A stretch of DNA of 64,000 nucleotides from an uncultured Christensenella sp. (GCA_905193155.1 CAJJNQ010000004.1:3628-67627); one strand, 5' to 3'. Shown: positions 54,021 to 63,747, counted from the stretch's first letter. A program made the numbers and translations. Notes: generated by a model from the letters alone, not told the origin.

Positions 54021-55729
54021 AATCCATGTACCGGCGCATCATTGTTGTTGCGTCGGTTTTTGTACTGGTGATCGTGACGGTTGCTTCCTTCTTCTCCATT
54101 CGCATCACGATGCAGGAGGAGCAGGGCGCGCTGTGCGAACAGCTGATGCAGGCCGCGCGCTACGCCGCAAGGTCTGCCCAGAAGGAAGAGGATCTGGATC
54201 ACATCGCCGCGCTGATGGGCGCCCGCGTCACGCGGATATCCCTCGACGGCGAGGTGCTCTATGATTCCGGCGGACAGTCGGGGTATTATCTCGATCAGCC
54301 CGACGTCATCCGCGCCATTTCCACCGGGGCGGGGGAGGAGATTTCCTTCACCGGCCGCCTGGCACAGATGCAGGTCGCAGTGTCCGTTCGGCAGGGGGAC
54401 AGCATTCTCCGCCTGACCAAGTCCCAGACGGTGTTCCGCAATGGAGATTGGGGATTGTTCGCCGCGCTGATGTGCATCCTGCTGGTCGTGGCGATCTATA
54501 TTTCCTTCGTCATGGCGCGGCGCATCGTCACCCCCATCAGCCAGCTCTCCAACGCGGCACAGTCCATCATTGACGGGCATGCCGGCGTCAATCTCCGTCT
54601 GGAGAATTATTCGGAACTCAACCAGCTGCTGCGCACGCTGCAATCGATGAATACCCGTTTGCAGGATATTGTCGAAAAACTGCAGCACAAAAGCGCCGAG
54701 CTGGAATCCATCATTGCGCATATGCTCAACGGCCTGATCGCCGTGGACGGCCAGCTGCACGTCGTGCAGATGAACGGCGCCGCCAAGCATATGCTGGGCG
54801 TGACCGGCAACGTCGAGGGCAAGCACGTGCTCGAAGCCACCGGCAACTCCCGCCTGGAAGCGGGTCTGCAGGAGGCCATGGAGCACGAAGAGCTCTTTAC
54901 GCTCGAGCTGCCCGTGCGCGCCGCACCGCGGCACCGGCTCATCCGCCTGTACATCTCTCCGCTGGAGCATGAGGACGAATCCATCGGCGCGGTTGCGCTG
55001 CTGGAGGACATCACCGAGCTGCGCAATCTGGAGCAGATGCGCACGGACTTTGCCGCCAACGTCACCCATGAGCTGAAAACGCCGCTGACCTCGATCCGTG
55101 GCTTCGTCGAAACCCTTCAAGCCGGCGCGATTGAAGACCCGGAGATGGCCAAGCGCTTCCTGGGCATTATTTCCATGGAAACCGATCGTCTCTCCCGCCT
55201 GATTAACGACGTTTTGTCCCTGTCCTCGATGGAAAACGGCCGCGTCCGCGTACCCACCGAGCGTCTGAGCCTGGGCAAGCGCGCGGGCGATGTCTGCCTG
55301 ATGCTCGACAAGAGCGCCAAGAACAAGAACATCGAGTTGAACGTGGACGAGGGCGAGGATACCTTCATCATCGCCAACGACGACCACGTCAAGCAGCTGC
55401 TCATCAACCTGATCGACAACGCCATCAAGTACACGCTGGAAGGCGGCAAGGTGTTTGTCAAGGTGGAGCATGTGGAGGATAAGGTGCTGCTCCACGTCAA
55501 GGATACCGGCATCGGCATCGCGCAGGAGCATATCCCGCGCCTGTTCGAGCGCTTTTACCGCGTGGACAAGGGACGCAGCCGCAACATGGGCGGAACGGGA
55601 CTGGGTCTTGCCATCGTCAAGCATATCGTCATGGATATGGGCGGGCAGATCGATGTACAGTCCGAGCTGAACGTCGGCACTGAATTTACCGTGACGCTGC
55701 CGTACGGCCCAAAACAGGAAGAAAAATAG
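54017..55729 (+). CDS. sensor histidine kinase (PhoR-like: 2 TM, HAMP, PAS, HisKA, HATPase)
   Basis: H-box FAANVTHELKTPLTSIRGF, N-box LINLIDNAIKYT, DTGIGI, GGTGLGLAIVKH. 4-nt overlap with the regulator gene. Confidence 0.9.
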   Translation: MKSMYRRIIVVASVFVLVIVTVASFFSIRITMQEEQGALCEQLMQAARYAARSAQKEEDLDHIAALMGARVTRISLDGEVLYDSGGQSGYYLDQPDVIRAISTGAGEEISFTGRLAQMQVAVSVRQGDSILRLTKSQTVFRNGDWGLFAALMCILLVVAIYISFVMARRIVTPISQLSNAAQSIIDGHAGVNLRLENYSELNQLLRTLQSMNTRLQDIVEKLQHKSAELESIIAHMLNGLIAVDGQLHVVQMNGAAKHMLGVTGNVEGKHVLEATGNSRLEAGLQEAMEHEELFTLELPVRAAPRHRLIRLYISPLEHEDESIGAVALLEDITELRNLEQMRTDFAANVTHELKTPLTSIRGFVETLQAGAIEDPEMAKRFLGIISMETDRLSRLINDVLSLSSMENGRVRVPTERLSLGKRAGDVCLMLDKSAKNKNIELNVDEGEDTFIIANDDHVKQLLINLIDNAIKYTLEGGKVFVKVEHVEDKVLLHVKDTGIGIAQEHIPRLFERFYRVDKGRSRNMGGTGLGLAIVKHIVMDMGGQIDVQSELNVGTEFTVTLPYGPKQEEK

Positions 55730-55739
55730 ACATCATTGA

Positions 55740-55783
55740 GTACAAAAAGAACGGTTTCGCTATGCGAACCGTTCTTTTTGTAC
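55740..55783. terminator. strong bidirectional terminator between the two-component genes and the pst-like genes
   Basis: 17-bp stem gtacaaaaagaacggtt/aaccgttctttttgtac. Confidence 0.8.
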
Positions 55784-55830
55784 TGAATTCGCATCCCAGA
55801 ACGATTTTGCCCATAATTAACGTTGGGCGC

Positions 55831-55861
55831 ATTGTCCTATATCCACAATTCATATACAATT
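55831..55861 (+). promoter_or_regulatory. ATTGT / ACAATT repeat set upstream of the pstC-like gene (candidate response-regulator site)
   Basis: ACAATT-catat-ACAATT direct repeat with an 11-bp period (55845-55861), plus an inverted ATTGT at 55831-55835. Confidence 0.3.
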
Positions 55862-55914
55862 AGAAAAGAATCGTCATGCAGGCTTTTGCCGCAGCGAAAT
55901 TGCGTGGAGGGTGC

Positions 55915-56727
55915 ATGAAGAAAAATTTGGATCGCATAATGCGCCTGTGCGCAGGGGCGGGCGGCGTGCTGGCCGTGCTGATCATCGGCTGTGCGGCGGT
56001 GTTTGCATTGAGCACGCTGCTGTTTGAAAATGTGCAGGCCGCGGAAACGTTTTCAGGAACGTCGGCGCTGCTGCCCAAGGCGCTGGAAATGACGGGCTTT
56101 ACGCTGACCACGTCGCTGGCGGCGGTGCTGCTGGCGTTCCCGATCGCCTGGTCGATCTCGGTGATGGTGGTCTTTGTGATGCACGCGAAGCACCTGATGC
56201 CGATGACCCGGGCAATATCGGGCTTTTCGGCGATCCCGGCGGTCGTGTTCGGCTATATGGGGCTGACTTTCTTAGCACCCAAAGCGCCCAGCGCGTGGTT
56301 GGGCGTGACGGCGACGCTGGTGCTGATGAGCCTGATGGATTTGACGCTGCTGCTGATCCGCGTGCACGTCAAGCACCTGCCGGCGTTGGAATCCTCGCAG
56401 GCGCTGGGCGCGTTTCTTTCGGAAACCGTGCTGGGCGTGGTGGTGCCGCGCGCGGCGCGCAGCTATCTCTATGCCGCGTTGCGGATGCTGGCGCGCAGCA
56501 TGGGCGAGGGCGTGGCGATCCTGCTGGTGCTCTCCGCCTATAGCGGGGAAAACGATACGCTGGTCACGGCGCTGATGAAGGCGGTCGGGGTCACGGGCGG
56601 GGTTGTGAACACGGGCTATGCGCTGCTGCTGGTGGCGCTGCTGCTGATCCTGGTGCTGGCAACCAATGCCCTGATCTCCTATTGCCAGGAAGGAGGACGG
56701 CGTGGAAAGAAGAAAGGCGTGGAATAA
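55915..56727 (+). CDS. PstC-like phosphate ABC transporter permease (divergent)
   Basis: ISGFSAIPAVVFGYMG and SSQALGAF..ETVLGVVVPRA..ARSMGEGVAILLV align with the PstC LAGIPSVVYG / EAA-loop blocks. The start 55915 vs 55876 is uncertain. Confidence 0.7.
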   Translation: MKKNLDRIMRLCAGAGGVLAVLIIGCAAVFALSTLLFENVQAAETFSGTSALLPKALEMTGFTLTTSLAAVLLAFPIAWSISVMVVFVMHAKHLMPMTRAISGFSAIPAVVFGYMGLTFLAPKAPSAWLGVTATLVLMSLMDLTLLLIRVHVKHLPALESSQALGAFLSETVLGVVVPRAARSYLYAALRMLARSMGEGVAILLVLSAYSGENDTLVTALMKAVGVTGGVVNTGYALLLVALLLILVLATNALISYCQEGGRRGKKKGVE

Positions 56728-57496
56728 ATGTTTTCTGGCGGCGCTGATCCTGCTTTCGGCCTGCGGCGTGATTCTGCTCTTTTATCCGCTGATCCGGCTG
56801 CTGAGCGAAGCGGTCACGGCGCTGCTGCGCTCCTGGGGCGTGCTGCCCGGCATCGGGCAGGTGTTTCTGCGCACCATGGAGCTGCTGCTGCTGACGGTGT
56901 TGCTGACGTTGCCCGCCGCCTGCCTGATCACGATTTTTATGTACCGCTCGGTGCGCGGCGCATGGCTGACGCGCATCCAGCGCTTTATGCGCGGATTCTC
57001 CCGTGTGCCCGCCGTGCTGTTCGGCCTGGTCGGCTATGCATTGACCGGGCGAAAAGCCGCCGTTCACGAGAGCCTGACCGTGATGGCGGTGCTGCTGGCG
57101 GTGATGTTTCTGCCCTATACCGTGGCGCGGCTCGACGCGGCGCTGCGCGAGGTGCCGGAGAAATACCGGCAGGCGGGCGAGGCGCTGGGCGGCTCGTTCG
57201 GGCAGGTGTTTTTCAAGATTATCATTCCCCAGGCCATGCCGGATCTGTCGCGTGTGGTTCTGAGCCTGATTGAAAGAATATTGAGCGAGGCGACGGCGCT
57301 GCTGGTGCTGATGGGCGCGGTGATGCCCAATCAGGTGCTGGCCACCGAGCTTTTCCGCCTGACCTGGTTGGGCAGGCAGGACGCCGCCGTGCTGGCAATG
57401 GGGCTGGTGCTGGTGATGATCCTGCTGCGCGTGCTCACAGCGCTGAAGTGGCGCGGTGAAAGGGAGGAAGAAAATTGCCGATACAACTGGTGGTAG
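56702..57496 (+). CDS. PstA-like phosphate ABC transporter permease (divergent)
   Basis: YRQAGEALGGSFGQVFFKIIIPQAMPDL..ILSEATALLVL matches the PstA EAA-loop pattern. GTG start overlapping the upstream gene. Confidence 0.7.
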   Translation: MERRKAWNKCFLAALILLSACGVILLFYPLIRLLSEAVTALLRSWGVLPGIGQVFLRTMELLLLTVLLTLPAACLITIFMYRSVRGAWLTRIQRFMRGFSRVPAVLFGLVGYALTGRKAAVHESLTVMAVLLAVMFLPYTVARLDAALREVPEKYRQAGEALGGSFGQVFFKIIIPQAMPDLSRVVLSLIERILSEATALLVLMGAVMPNQVLATELFRLTWLGRQDAAVLAMGLVLVMILLRVLTALKWRGEREEENCRYNWW

Positions 57497-58221
57497 AAAA
57501 CCTCAATGCGTCCATTGACGACAAAGTTGTGCTGCACGATTTGGCCGTCACGGCGCAGGCGGGGCATATCCTGGCCCTGATGGGCAAGGGCGGCTGCGGC
57601 AAATCCACTTTCCTGCGCGTGATCAACCGCATGGCGGAGGAGGGCGGGGCAGTGGTCAGCGGCCACATCATGCTGGACAACAGCTCGATCTTCATGCAGG
57701 ATATAAGCCTTCTGCGGCAGAAAGTGGGCATGGTCTTTACCGAGCCTGTGCTCTTTGCCGGAAATATATTGGGCAACATCACCGCGGGGCTTCGCTTGCA
57801 GGGCATTAAGAAAAAGCAGAAATTGGAAGAGTGCGCGGAGGAAACGCTGGGATATATGGGCATATTGGAGGAATTCCGTGATTTGCTCTACACCGACGCT
57901 TCTTATCTAAACCGTTCGCAGGCGCAGCTGGTGTGCATTGCGCGCGCGCTTGCGCTGCGGCCGGGCCTGCTGCTGATGGACGAACCCACCCGCCTGCTCG
58001 ACAGCATGACGAGCATGAAGGTGGAAGATATGATGTTCAACCTCAAAAAGGACTGCACCATCGTCGTGGCGGTGCATTCGCCGCAGATGGCGGGGCGCAT
58101 TGCCGAGGAGACCGCCATGATGGAGGACGGCACGGTGCTCGAATGGGGCCGCACCAGCGACCTGTTCTATCATCCGCAGCACCTGCACACCGAGCAGTTC
58201 GTCAGCTCCAAATTCGCCTAA
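57475..58221 (+). CDS. PstB-like ABC ATPase with degenerate Q-loop and signature motifs
   Basis: Overall PstB layout (GKGGCGKSTFLRVINRM, VGMVF, CIARALA, LLLMDEP, TEQFVSSKF), but VFQ is VFT and LSGGQ is LNRSQ (57907-57921). TTG start. Confidence 0.8.
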   Translation: MPIQLVVENLNASIDDKVVLHDLAVTAQAGHILALMGKGGCGKSTFLRVINRMAEEGGAVVSGHIMLDNSSIFMQDISLLRQKVGMVFTEPVLFAGNILGNITAGLRLQGIKKKQKLEECAEETLGYMGILEEFRDLLYTDASYLNRSQAQLVCIARALALRPGLLLMDEPTRLLDSMTSMKVEDMMFNLKKDCTIVVAVHSPQMAGRIAEETAMMEDGTVLEWGRTSDLFYHPQHLHTEQFVSSKFA

Positions 58222-58257
58222 ACCTTTCAAGAAACGCGGAGGAACAGAGGATACGAT

Positions 58258-58914
58258 ATGCGAAGCATTTACGATCAGGAAATGCGCGAGATCCAGCGCG
58301 ACAGCATCCATATGTGCAACCTGGCGGCCGAGACCCTTCAGGATGTGATGGATGCGGTGCGCCGCCGCGACTTCAACGTCGTGGACCGCGTGTTGGAGCA
58401 GGATTACACCCTGCGGCAAATGCGCATGGCCATCAATGAGCGCGTGATGCGCATGATCGCCACGCAGCACCCCGTCGCGGTGGACCTGCGCAAGCTGTTT
58501 TATCTGGTTCATACGGCGGATGAGATGGAGCGCATCGGCTATCAGGCGGCGGGCATCGGCCGCGCGATGATGCGGGAGCAATACGGCAAGGTGCCGCTGC
58601 TGGACGATATTTTCCGCATGAGTGAGCGCGTCGGAACTATGCTCGAGCGCGTGCTCACCTGTTCGCTGGGCGAGGATGCCGAGGGCATGAAGGCTGTGCT
58701 GCAAATGGACGACGAGGTGGACGTGATCTGCGAGCAGATTTACCGCGAGTGCATCGCCCGCCAGGGCGCGCATCAGGTGCAGGACAGTGAGACGATGACC
58801 GCCATCAGCATCGCGCAGTACCTCGAACACGTCGGCGACCATGCGGTCAACTGGGCGCGGTGGTGGCTCTATTTCAACGGGGGGCCGGGCGAAACCGGCG
58901 ACGTGATCGTTTAG
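58258..58914 (+). CDS. phoU: phosphate signalling complex protein PhoU
   Basis: Two PhoU repeats with E/DxxxD motifs (ADEMERIGYQA, LEHVGDHAVN). 218 aa. Confidence 0.9.
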   Translation: MRSIYDQEMREIQRDSIHMCNLAAETLQDVMDAVRRRDFNVVDRVLEQDYTLRQMRMAINERVMRMIATQHPVAVDLRKLFYLVHTADEMERIGYQAAGIGRAMMREQYGKVPLLDDIFRMSERVGTMLERVLTCSLGEDAEGMKAVLQMDDEVDVICEQIYRECIARQGAHQVQDSETMTAISIAQYLEHVGDHAVNWARWWLYFNGGPGETGDVIV

Positions 58915-58928
58915 ACGAGAAGAAACGG

Positions 58929-58957
58929 GAAGGACGCATTCATGCGTCCTTCTTTTG
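58929..58957 (+). terminator. rho-independent terminator after phoU
   Basis: gaaggacgca/tgcgtccttc stem followed by tttt. Confidence 0.65.
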
Positions 58958-59184
58958 CGCTTTGGGGAAGATGCGGGAGGAGAGGAGGGGGCGCGGCAAG
59001 GGTGTTGCGGTGCGAGTGGAGGCTGCACGTTTTGCCGCGCAGGGGGAAGGGAGTGCGCAGGAGGGAGAGCCCCCCCCCATCGGGTCCGTTTGCGACGAAA
59101 TGACTCTGCGGGTGCAGGGAAGCCAATAAAGTTCCCGCGGAATGCTGAGCGTTCTGAGGGGGGAGGAATGAAGGTTTTGTGACT

Positions 59185-59228
59185 TTTTGCCTCAAACGGT
59201 TGACAAAAGGCAAAACGAAGTTTAGATT
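59185..59228 (+). promoter_or_regulatory. marR promoter region with an inverted repeat flanking the -35
   Basis: TTGACA (59200-59205), 17-nt spacer, TAGATT (59223-59228). 8-bp inverted repeat TTTTGCCT / AGGCAAAA at 59185-59192 and 59208-59215. Confidence 0.4.
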
Positions 59229-59274
59229 ATAAATCATTAGATAATCAACAAGTTGCCGGAAAGGGAGCGATGGG

Positions 59275-59766
59275 ATGAGCATTCAGGAAAAGCAGGGCGA
59301 AGCCCACGTGAAGTTTGAAATGAGGTTTGGCCGTTTGATCCGGATGTATTACAGCCGCATCCAGAGCCAGTTGGCGGAGGTGGGCCTGTATCGCGGTCAG
59401 CCGCCGATTTTGATGCTGTTGTACAAAAACGACGGCATGAGCCAGAAGGAAATGGCGCGCGCGCTCAATCTTTCGCCCGCCACGATGACCGTGACCCTAA
59501 AGCGCATGGAAAAGGCTGGGCTGGTGCTGCGCGAGATGGACGAGCACGATCAGCGCATCCTGCGGGTTCATTTGTCCGAAAAGGGACGCGAGATGTGCGA
59601 GACAGGCGAAAGCCGCATCAGCGTGGTGACGGCGGAGCTGCTGGAGGGCTTTACGCTGGAGGAACAGCAGCAGCTCAACGAATATCTCGGCCGCATTGCG
59701 CGTAACATGGAGCGCGTGGTGGAAAAGGAGCCTGAACAGGATAAGACGGGGGTTAAAAACTTCTGA
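59275..59766 (+). CDS. MarR-family transcriptional regulator
   Basis: GLYRGQPPILMLLYKNDGMSQKEMARALNLSPATMTVTLKRMEKAGLVLREMDEHDQRILRVHLSEKG is a typical MarR winged HTH. Confidence 0.85.
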   Translation: MSIQEKQGEAHVKFEMRFGRLIRMYYSRIQSQLAEVGLYRGQPPILMLLYKNDGMSQKEMARALNLSPATMTVTLKRMEKAGLVLREMDEHDQRILRVHLSEKGREMCETGESRISVVTAELLEGFTLEEQQQLNEYLGRIARNMERVVEKEPEQDKTGVKNF

Positions 59767-59854
59767 ACATTCCGGCGCGGGGCTTGCAATCCGCAGCGCC
59801 CTCCTATAAAATAGTATACTGACTAAATCAGTTGCTGCGGGAGGAAACAAAAAA

Positions 59855-61177
59855 GTGCGGGAGCAGGTTGCGCGATGCGTGGGCGGACAAAGCGTGCTCT
59901 GCGCGCTGTCCGGCGGCGTGGATTCGGTGGTGCTGCTGCATTTGCTGCTGCAATGCGGCGTGCGCGTGGAGGCGGCACACGTCGAGCACGGTATCCGCGG
60001 GGAGAGTTCCCGGCGGGACTGCCGGTTTGTACAGGAGTTGTGCGGAAAGTGGGGCGTGCCGCTGCACGTCATCCATCTCGATGTTCCGGCGCAGGCGGCA
60101 AAAGAGGGCCGGGGCATCGAAGAAACCGCGCGCGCAATGCGCTATGATTTCCTTTGGAAAACGCGGGAAGCGCGCCGTCTTGAAACGCTGGCCACTGCGC
60201 ACCACCTGAACGATCAGGCCGAAACCGTGCTGATGCACCTGATCCGCGGTGCGTCGCCCGTCGGGCTGTCCGGCATGAGGGAGCGCGACGGTGCGCTGAT
60301 CCGCCCGCTGCTGCCCTTTTCCCGCGCACAGATCGAACAATATGCGCAGGAAAATCATCTTCCGCACGTCGAGGACGAAACCAACGCCGATATCGCCTAT
60401 ACGCGGAATTACATTCGGCACGAGCTGATTCCCTGCATGGAAAAGCTCAATCCGCGCGCGGTGGAGGCTATCGGCCGTGCGGCGGAGCTGGCGCGTCGGC
60501 AGAGCGATTTCGTCCGGCAGGAAGCGTTGCGGGCGCTGCGCAGCCGAATGTACGGCGCGGCGCTGGCAGATGTATCCGACCTGCATCCGGGTCTTCGAAG
60601 TGAAGTGATCGCGCAATACCTGCGCGCGCAAGGGACGCCGGAGTTTTCTGCCGCGGATATCGTCCGAATCGAGAGCCTGCTGGCTGGCGGTGTCGGTCGG
60701 AGGGTAAGTTTAGGTAAAGAATTGTTCGAGCGCGATACAAACGGAGTGCGAAGGGTTATAATGGAACCTGCCGGAAGCGGGCGCTGGGCGCTGCATTCCG
60801 GCGAAAACGAAACGCCGCTGGGCCGCTTTACGCTGCGGACGGGGAAGGTTCCGAAGAACCTCAACCTCGGAAAATACGCGCAGGTGTTCGATGCGGATAA
60901 AATACGCGCTCCGCTGTTTGTGCGCACCCGCAGGGACGGCGACCGCTTGGCGCTGCTGGGCGGCGGCAAGCGGAAGCTGAGCGATATCCTGATTGACAAA
61001 AAAGTGCCGCGCGCGCTGCGGGACAGCGTGCCGCTGATCGTGATGGGGGAGGAAATCCTCTGGGCGGTCGGGGCAGCGCCGGGCAAGACCTGTGCGGTCG
61101 TGCCGGAAAGCGTGCAGGCGCTGGTGATAGAATATCAACCGTTGAAGGAGAAGAATGATGCAGTATTCAAAGGATGA
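59855..61177 (+). CDS. tilS: tRNA(Ile)-lysidine synthetase
   Basis: PP-loop LCALSGGVDSVVLL, TAHHLNDQAET. C-terminal TilS substrate-binding domain. GTG start. Confidence 0.9.
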   Translation: MREQVARCVGGQSVLCALSGGVDSVVLLHLLLQCGVRVEAAHVEHGIRGESSRRDCRFVQELCGKWGVPLHVIHLDVPAQAAKEGRGIEETARAMRYDFLWKTREARRLETLATAHHLNDQAETVLMHLIRGASPVGLSGMRERDGALIRPLLPFSRAQIEQYAQENHLPHVEDETNADIAYTRNYIRHELIPCMEKLNPRAVEAIGRAAELARRQSDFVRQEALRALRSRMYGAALADVSDLHPGLRSEVIAQYLRAQGTPEFSAADIVRIESLLAGGVGRRVSLGKELFERDTNGVRRVIMEPAGSGRWALHSGENETPLGRFTLRTGKVPKNLNLGKYAQVFDADKIRAPLFVRTRRDGDRLALLGGGKRKLSDILIDKKVPRALRDSVPLIVMGEEILWAVGAAPGKTCAVVPESVQALVIEYQPLKEKNDAVFKG

Positions 61178-61703
61178 AATTGAACGTGTTTTGATCAGCA
61201 ACGAGGAGATTCAGAAGCGGCTGGACGAGCTGGCCGCGCAGGTCAACGCCGACTACGCCGGCAAGGATCTGCTGATGGTTTGCATCCTCAAGGGCGCGGT
61301 GACGGTCTTTGCCGATATGCTCCGCCGCATTGAAATTCCCTGCGCCATTGACTTTATGGCCATTTCCAGCTACGGCTCTTCCACCAAATCCTCCGGCGTG
61401 GTGCGCATCCTCAAGGATCTGGACCACGGTATCGAGGGCAAGGATGTGCTGATCGTGGAGGACATCGTGGACAGCGGTATGTCCATGAGCTACCTGCTCA
61501 ATTCCTTGAAGACCCGCAATCCCGCTTCCGTCAAGCTCCTGACGCTGCTGGATAAGCCCGACCGCCGCCGCGTGGAGCTGAACGCCGACTACATCGGCTT
61601 CACCATCCCGGACGAGTTCGTCATCGGCTACGGTCTGGATTACGCTGAGCATTACCGCAACCTGCCCGACGTCTGCATTCTCAGCCCGAAGATGTATATG
61701 TAA
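61155..61703 (+). CDS. hpt: hypoxanthine-guanine phosphoribosyltransferase
   Basis: VLIVEDIVDSGMSM PRPP-binding motif, GYGLDY. Overlaps the tilS 3' end by 23 nt. Confidence 0.92.
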   Translation: MMQYSKDEIERVLISNEEIQKRLDELAAQVNADYAGKDLLMVCILKGAVTVFADMLRRIEIPCAIDFMAISSYGSSTKSSGVVRILKDLDHGIEGKDVLIVEDIVDSGMSMSYLLNSLKTRNPASVKLLTLLDKPDRRRVELNADYIGFTIPDEFVIGYGLDYAEHYRNLPDVCILSPKMYM

Positions 61704-61752
61704 GTTTTTTTAGAATCTCATTTTCCCAAGGGAAGGGAGGCATTGAATTCCT

Positions 61753-63690
61753 TTGCAGAAAAAAGGTTTTATGCGCGGCGCAGGTTTCTGGCTGATCGCG
61801 CTGGTGTTGGTCGTGGTGATGGCGCAGATGGTGATGCTGCCCGCCAAGACCGAGAACAAGGAGATCAGCTACAGCGATTTCCTCGGCCTGGTTCGGGACG
61901 GGAAGATCTCTCAGCTGATGGTCTCCGAATACAACGCCTATGGTCTTTACAAGGACTCGAGCATTCCTGCTTCGAGCTTCCCGGCAAAATATGACTTTAC
62001 GCTGCAAATCCCTAACGACGTGGCCAGCTTCCATAATGACGTAAAGCAGGTCGTCGCCGCGCGCGACGGCGTGGACGCCAGCCAGGTCACAGCGCTGGAT
62101 TACGGCTTCACCCTCACCAACGAGCCCGTGCCCGAAACCGCATGGTGGGTCGAATGGATTCCCTTTGCGGTGCTGACGCTGGTGATCGTCGCGTTCTGGT
62201 TCTTCTTCATGCGTCAGCAGATGGGCGGCAACAACAAGGTGATGAACTTTGGCCGCGCCAGGGCGCGCGTGGTGACGGATGACAAGAATCGCGTCACCTT
62301 CGCGCAGGTTGCGGGCGCGGACGAAGAAAAGGAAGAGCTGCGCGAGATCGTGGAGTTCCTCAAGCATTCCGACCGCTTCCTGCAATTGGGCGCGCGCATC
62401 CCCAAGGGCGTGCTGCTCATCGGCCCGCCCGGCACCGGCAAAACGCTGCTGGCCAAGGCCGTGGCAGGTGAAGCGGGCGTGCCGTTTTTCTCGATTTCCG
62501 GTTCCGACTTTGTGGAGATGTTTGTCGGCGTGGGCGCGTCCCGCGTGCGCGACCTGTTTGAGCAGGCCAAGCACAACGCTCCGGCCATCATCTTTATCGA
62601 CGAAATCGACGCGGTGGGCCGCCAGCGCGGCGCAGGTCTGGGCGGCGGTCACGATGAGCGCGAGCAGACCCTGAACCAGCTGCTGGTGGAAATGGACGGC
62701 TTCACCGCCAACCAGGGCGTGATCGTTCTGGCAGCGACCAACCGCCCCGACATCCTCGACCGCGCGCTGCTGCGCCCCGGCCGCTTCGACCGCCAGGTGA
62801 CGGTGGGCTATCCGGACGTCAAAGGGCGCGAGGAGATCCTCAAGGTGCATTCCAAGGGCAAGCCGCTGGCAAGCGACGTGTCTCTTGCCGTGTTGGCGCG
62901 CCGCACGCCCTATATGACGGGCGCGGATCTGGAAAACGTGATGAACGAGGCGGCGATCCTTGCCGCCCGCAAAAACGCCAAGACCATCGGCATGACCGAG
63001 CTGGAGGAGGCCATTACCCGTGTGCAGGTCGGCCCCGAAAAGAAGTCCCGCGTCATCACCGAAAAGGACAAGGCGCTGGTCTCCTATCATGAGGCGGGTC
63101 ACGCCGTGCTGGCGTATGTGCTGCCCGGCTGCGATACCGTGCACGAGGTGTCCATCGTCCCGCGCGGCGGCGCAGGCGGCTATACCATGACCATGCCCGA
63201 CGAGGAGAAGCACTATATCTCCGGCGCGCGGCTGCACGATCAGATCGTGGAGCTGCTGGGCGGTCATGTGGCGGAAAAGATCGCCCTGGGCGATGTTTCC
63301 ACCGGAGCGACCTCCGATCTTTCCCGCGCCAACGATCTGGCGCGCAGGATGATCACCGAGTACGGTATGAACGATGAGATCGGTCCGCTGTACCTGGGCG
63401 GCGATCAAGAGGTATTTGTCGGCCGCGATTTCGGTCATACCCGCAATTACTCCGAAGAGCTGGCGGCCAAGGTGGATGAGCAGCTGGTGCGCTATCTCAA
63501 CGACGCGCTGGCGACCGCGACCAATCTGCTCAACCAGAACCGCGACAAGCTCGACCGCGTGGCGCAGGAGCTGATGAACCGCGAAAAGCTTGACAAGGAT
63601 GAGTTCGTCACCATCATGGAGGGCGGTTCGCTCTCTCCGCTGGACGGTATGCCTTCTGCGAACCCCATTGAGGATCTGCTCAAGGCATAA
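61753..63690 (+). CDS. ftsH: ATP-dependent zinc metalloprotease FtsH
   Basis: [43 protein letters not shown] zinc site. TTG 61753 or ATG 61771 start. Confidence 0.95.
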   Translation: MQKKGFMRGAGFWLIALVLVVVMAQMVMLPAKTENKEISYSDFLGLVRDGKISQLMVSEYNAYGLYKDSSIPASSFPAKYDFTLQIPNDVASFHNDVKQVVAARDGVDASQVTALDYGFTLTNEPVPETAWWVEWIPFAVLTLVIVAFWFFFMRQQMGGNNKVMNFGRARARVVTDDKNRVTFAQVAGADEEKEELREIVEFLKHSDRFLQLGARIPKGVLLIGPPGTGKTLLAKAVAGEAGVPFFSISGSDFVEMFVGVGASRVRDLFEQAKHNAPAIIFIDEIDAVGRQRGAGLGGGHDEREQTLNQLLVEMDGFTANQGVIVLAATNRPDILDRALLRPGRFDRQVTVGYPDVKGREEILKVHSKGKPLASDVSLAVLARRTPYMTGADLENVMNEAAILAARKNAKTIGMTELEEAITRVQVGPEKKSRVITEKDKALVSYHEAGHAVLAYVLPGCDTVHEVSIVPRGGAGGYTMTMPDEEKHYISGARLHDQIVELLGGHVAEKIALGDVSTGATSDLSRANDLARRMITEYGMNDEIGPLYLGGDQEVFVGRDFGHTRNYSEELAAKVDEQLVRYLNDALATATNLLNQNRDKLDRVAQELMNREKLDKDEFVTIMEGGSLSPLDGMPSANPIEDLLKA

Positions 63691-63704
63691 GCAAAAGACG
63701 CACA

Positions 63705-63747
63705 GGGACGTGCGAGCCGCAATCCGGTTCGCACGTCCCCTTTGTTT
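63705..63747 (+). terminator. rho-independent terminator after ftsH
   Basis: 11-bp stem gggacgtgcga/tcgcacgtccc followed by tttgttt. Confidence 0.75.
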
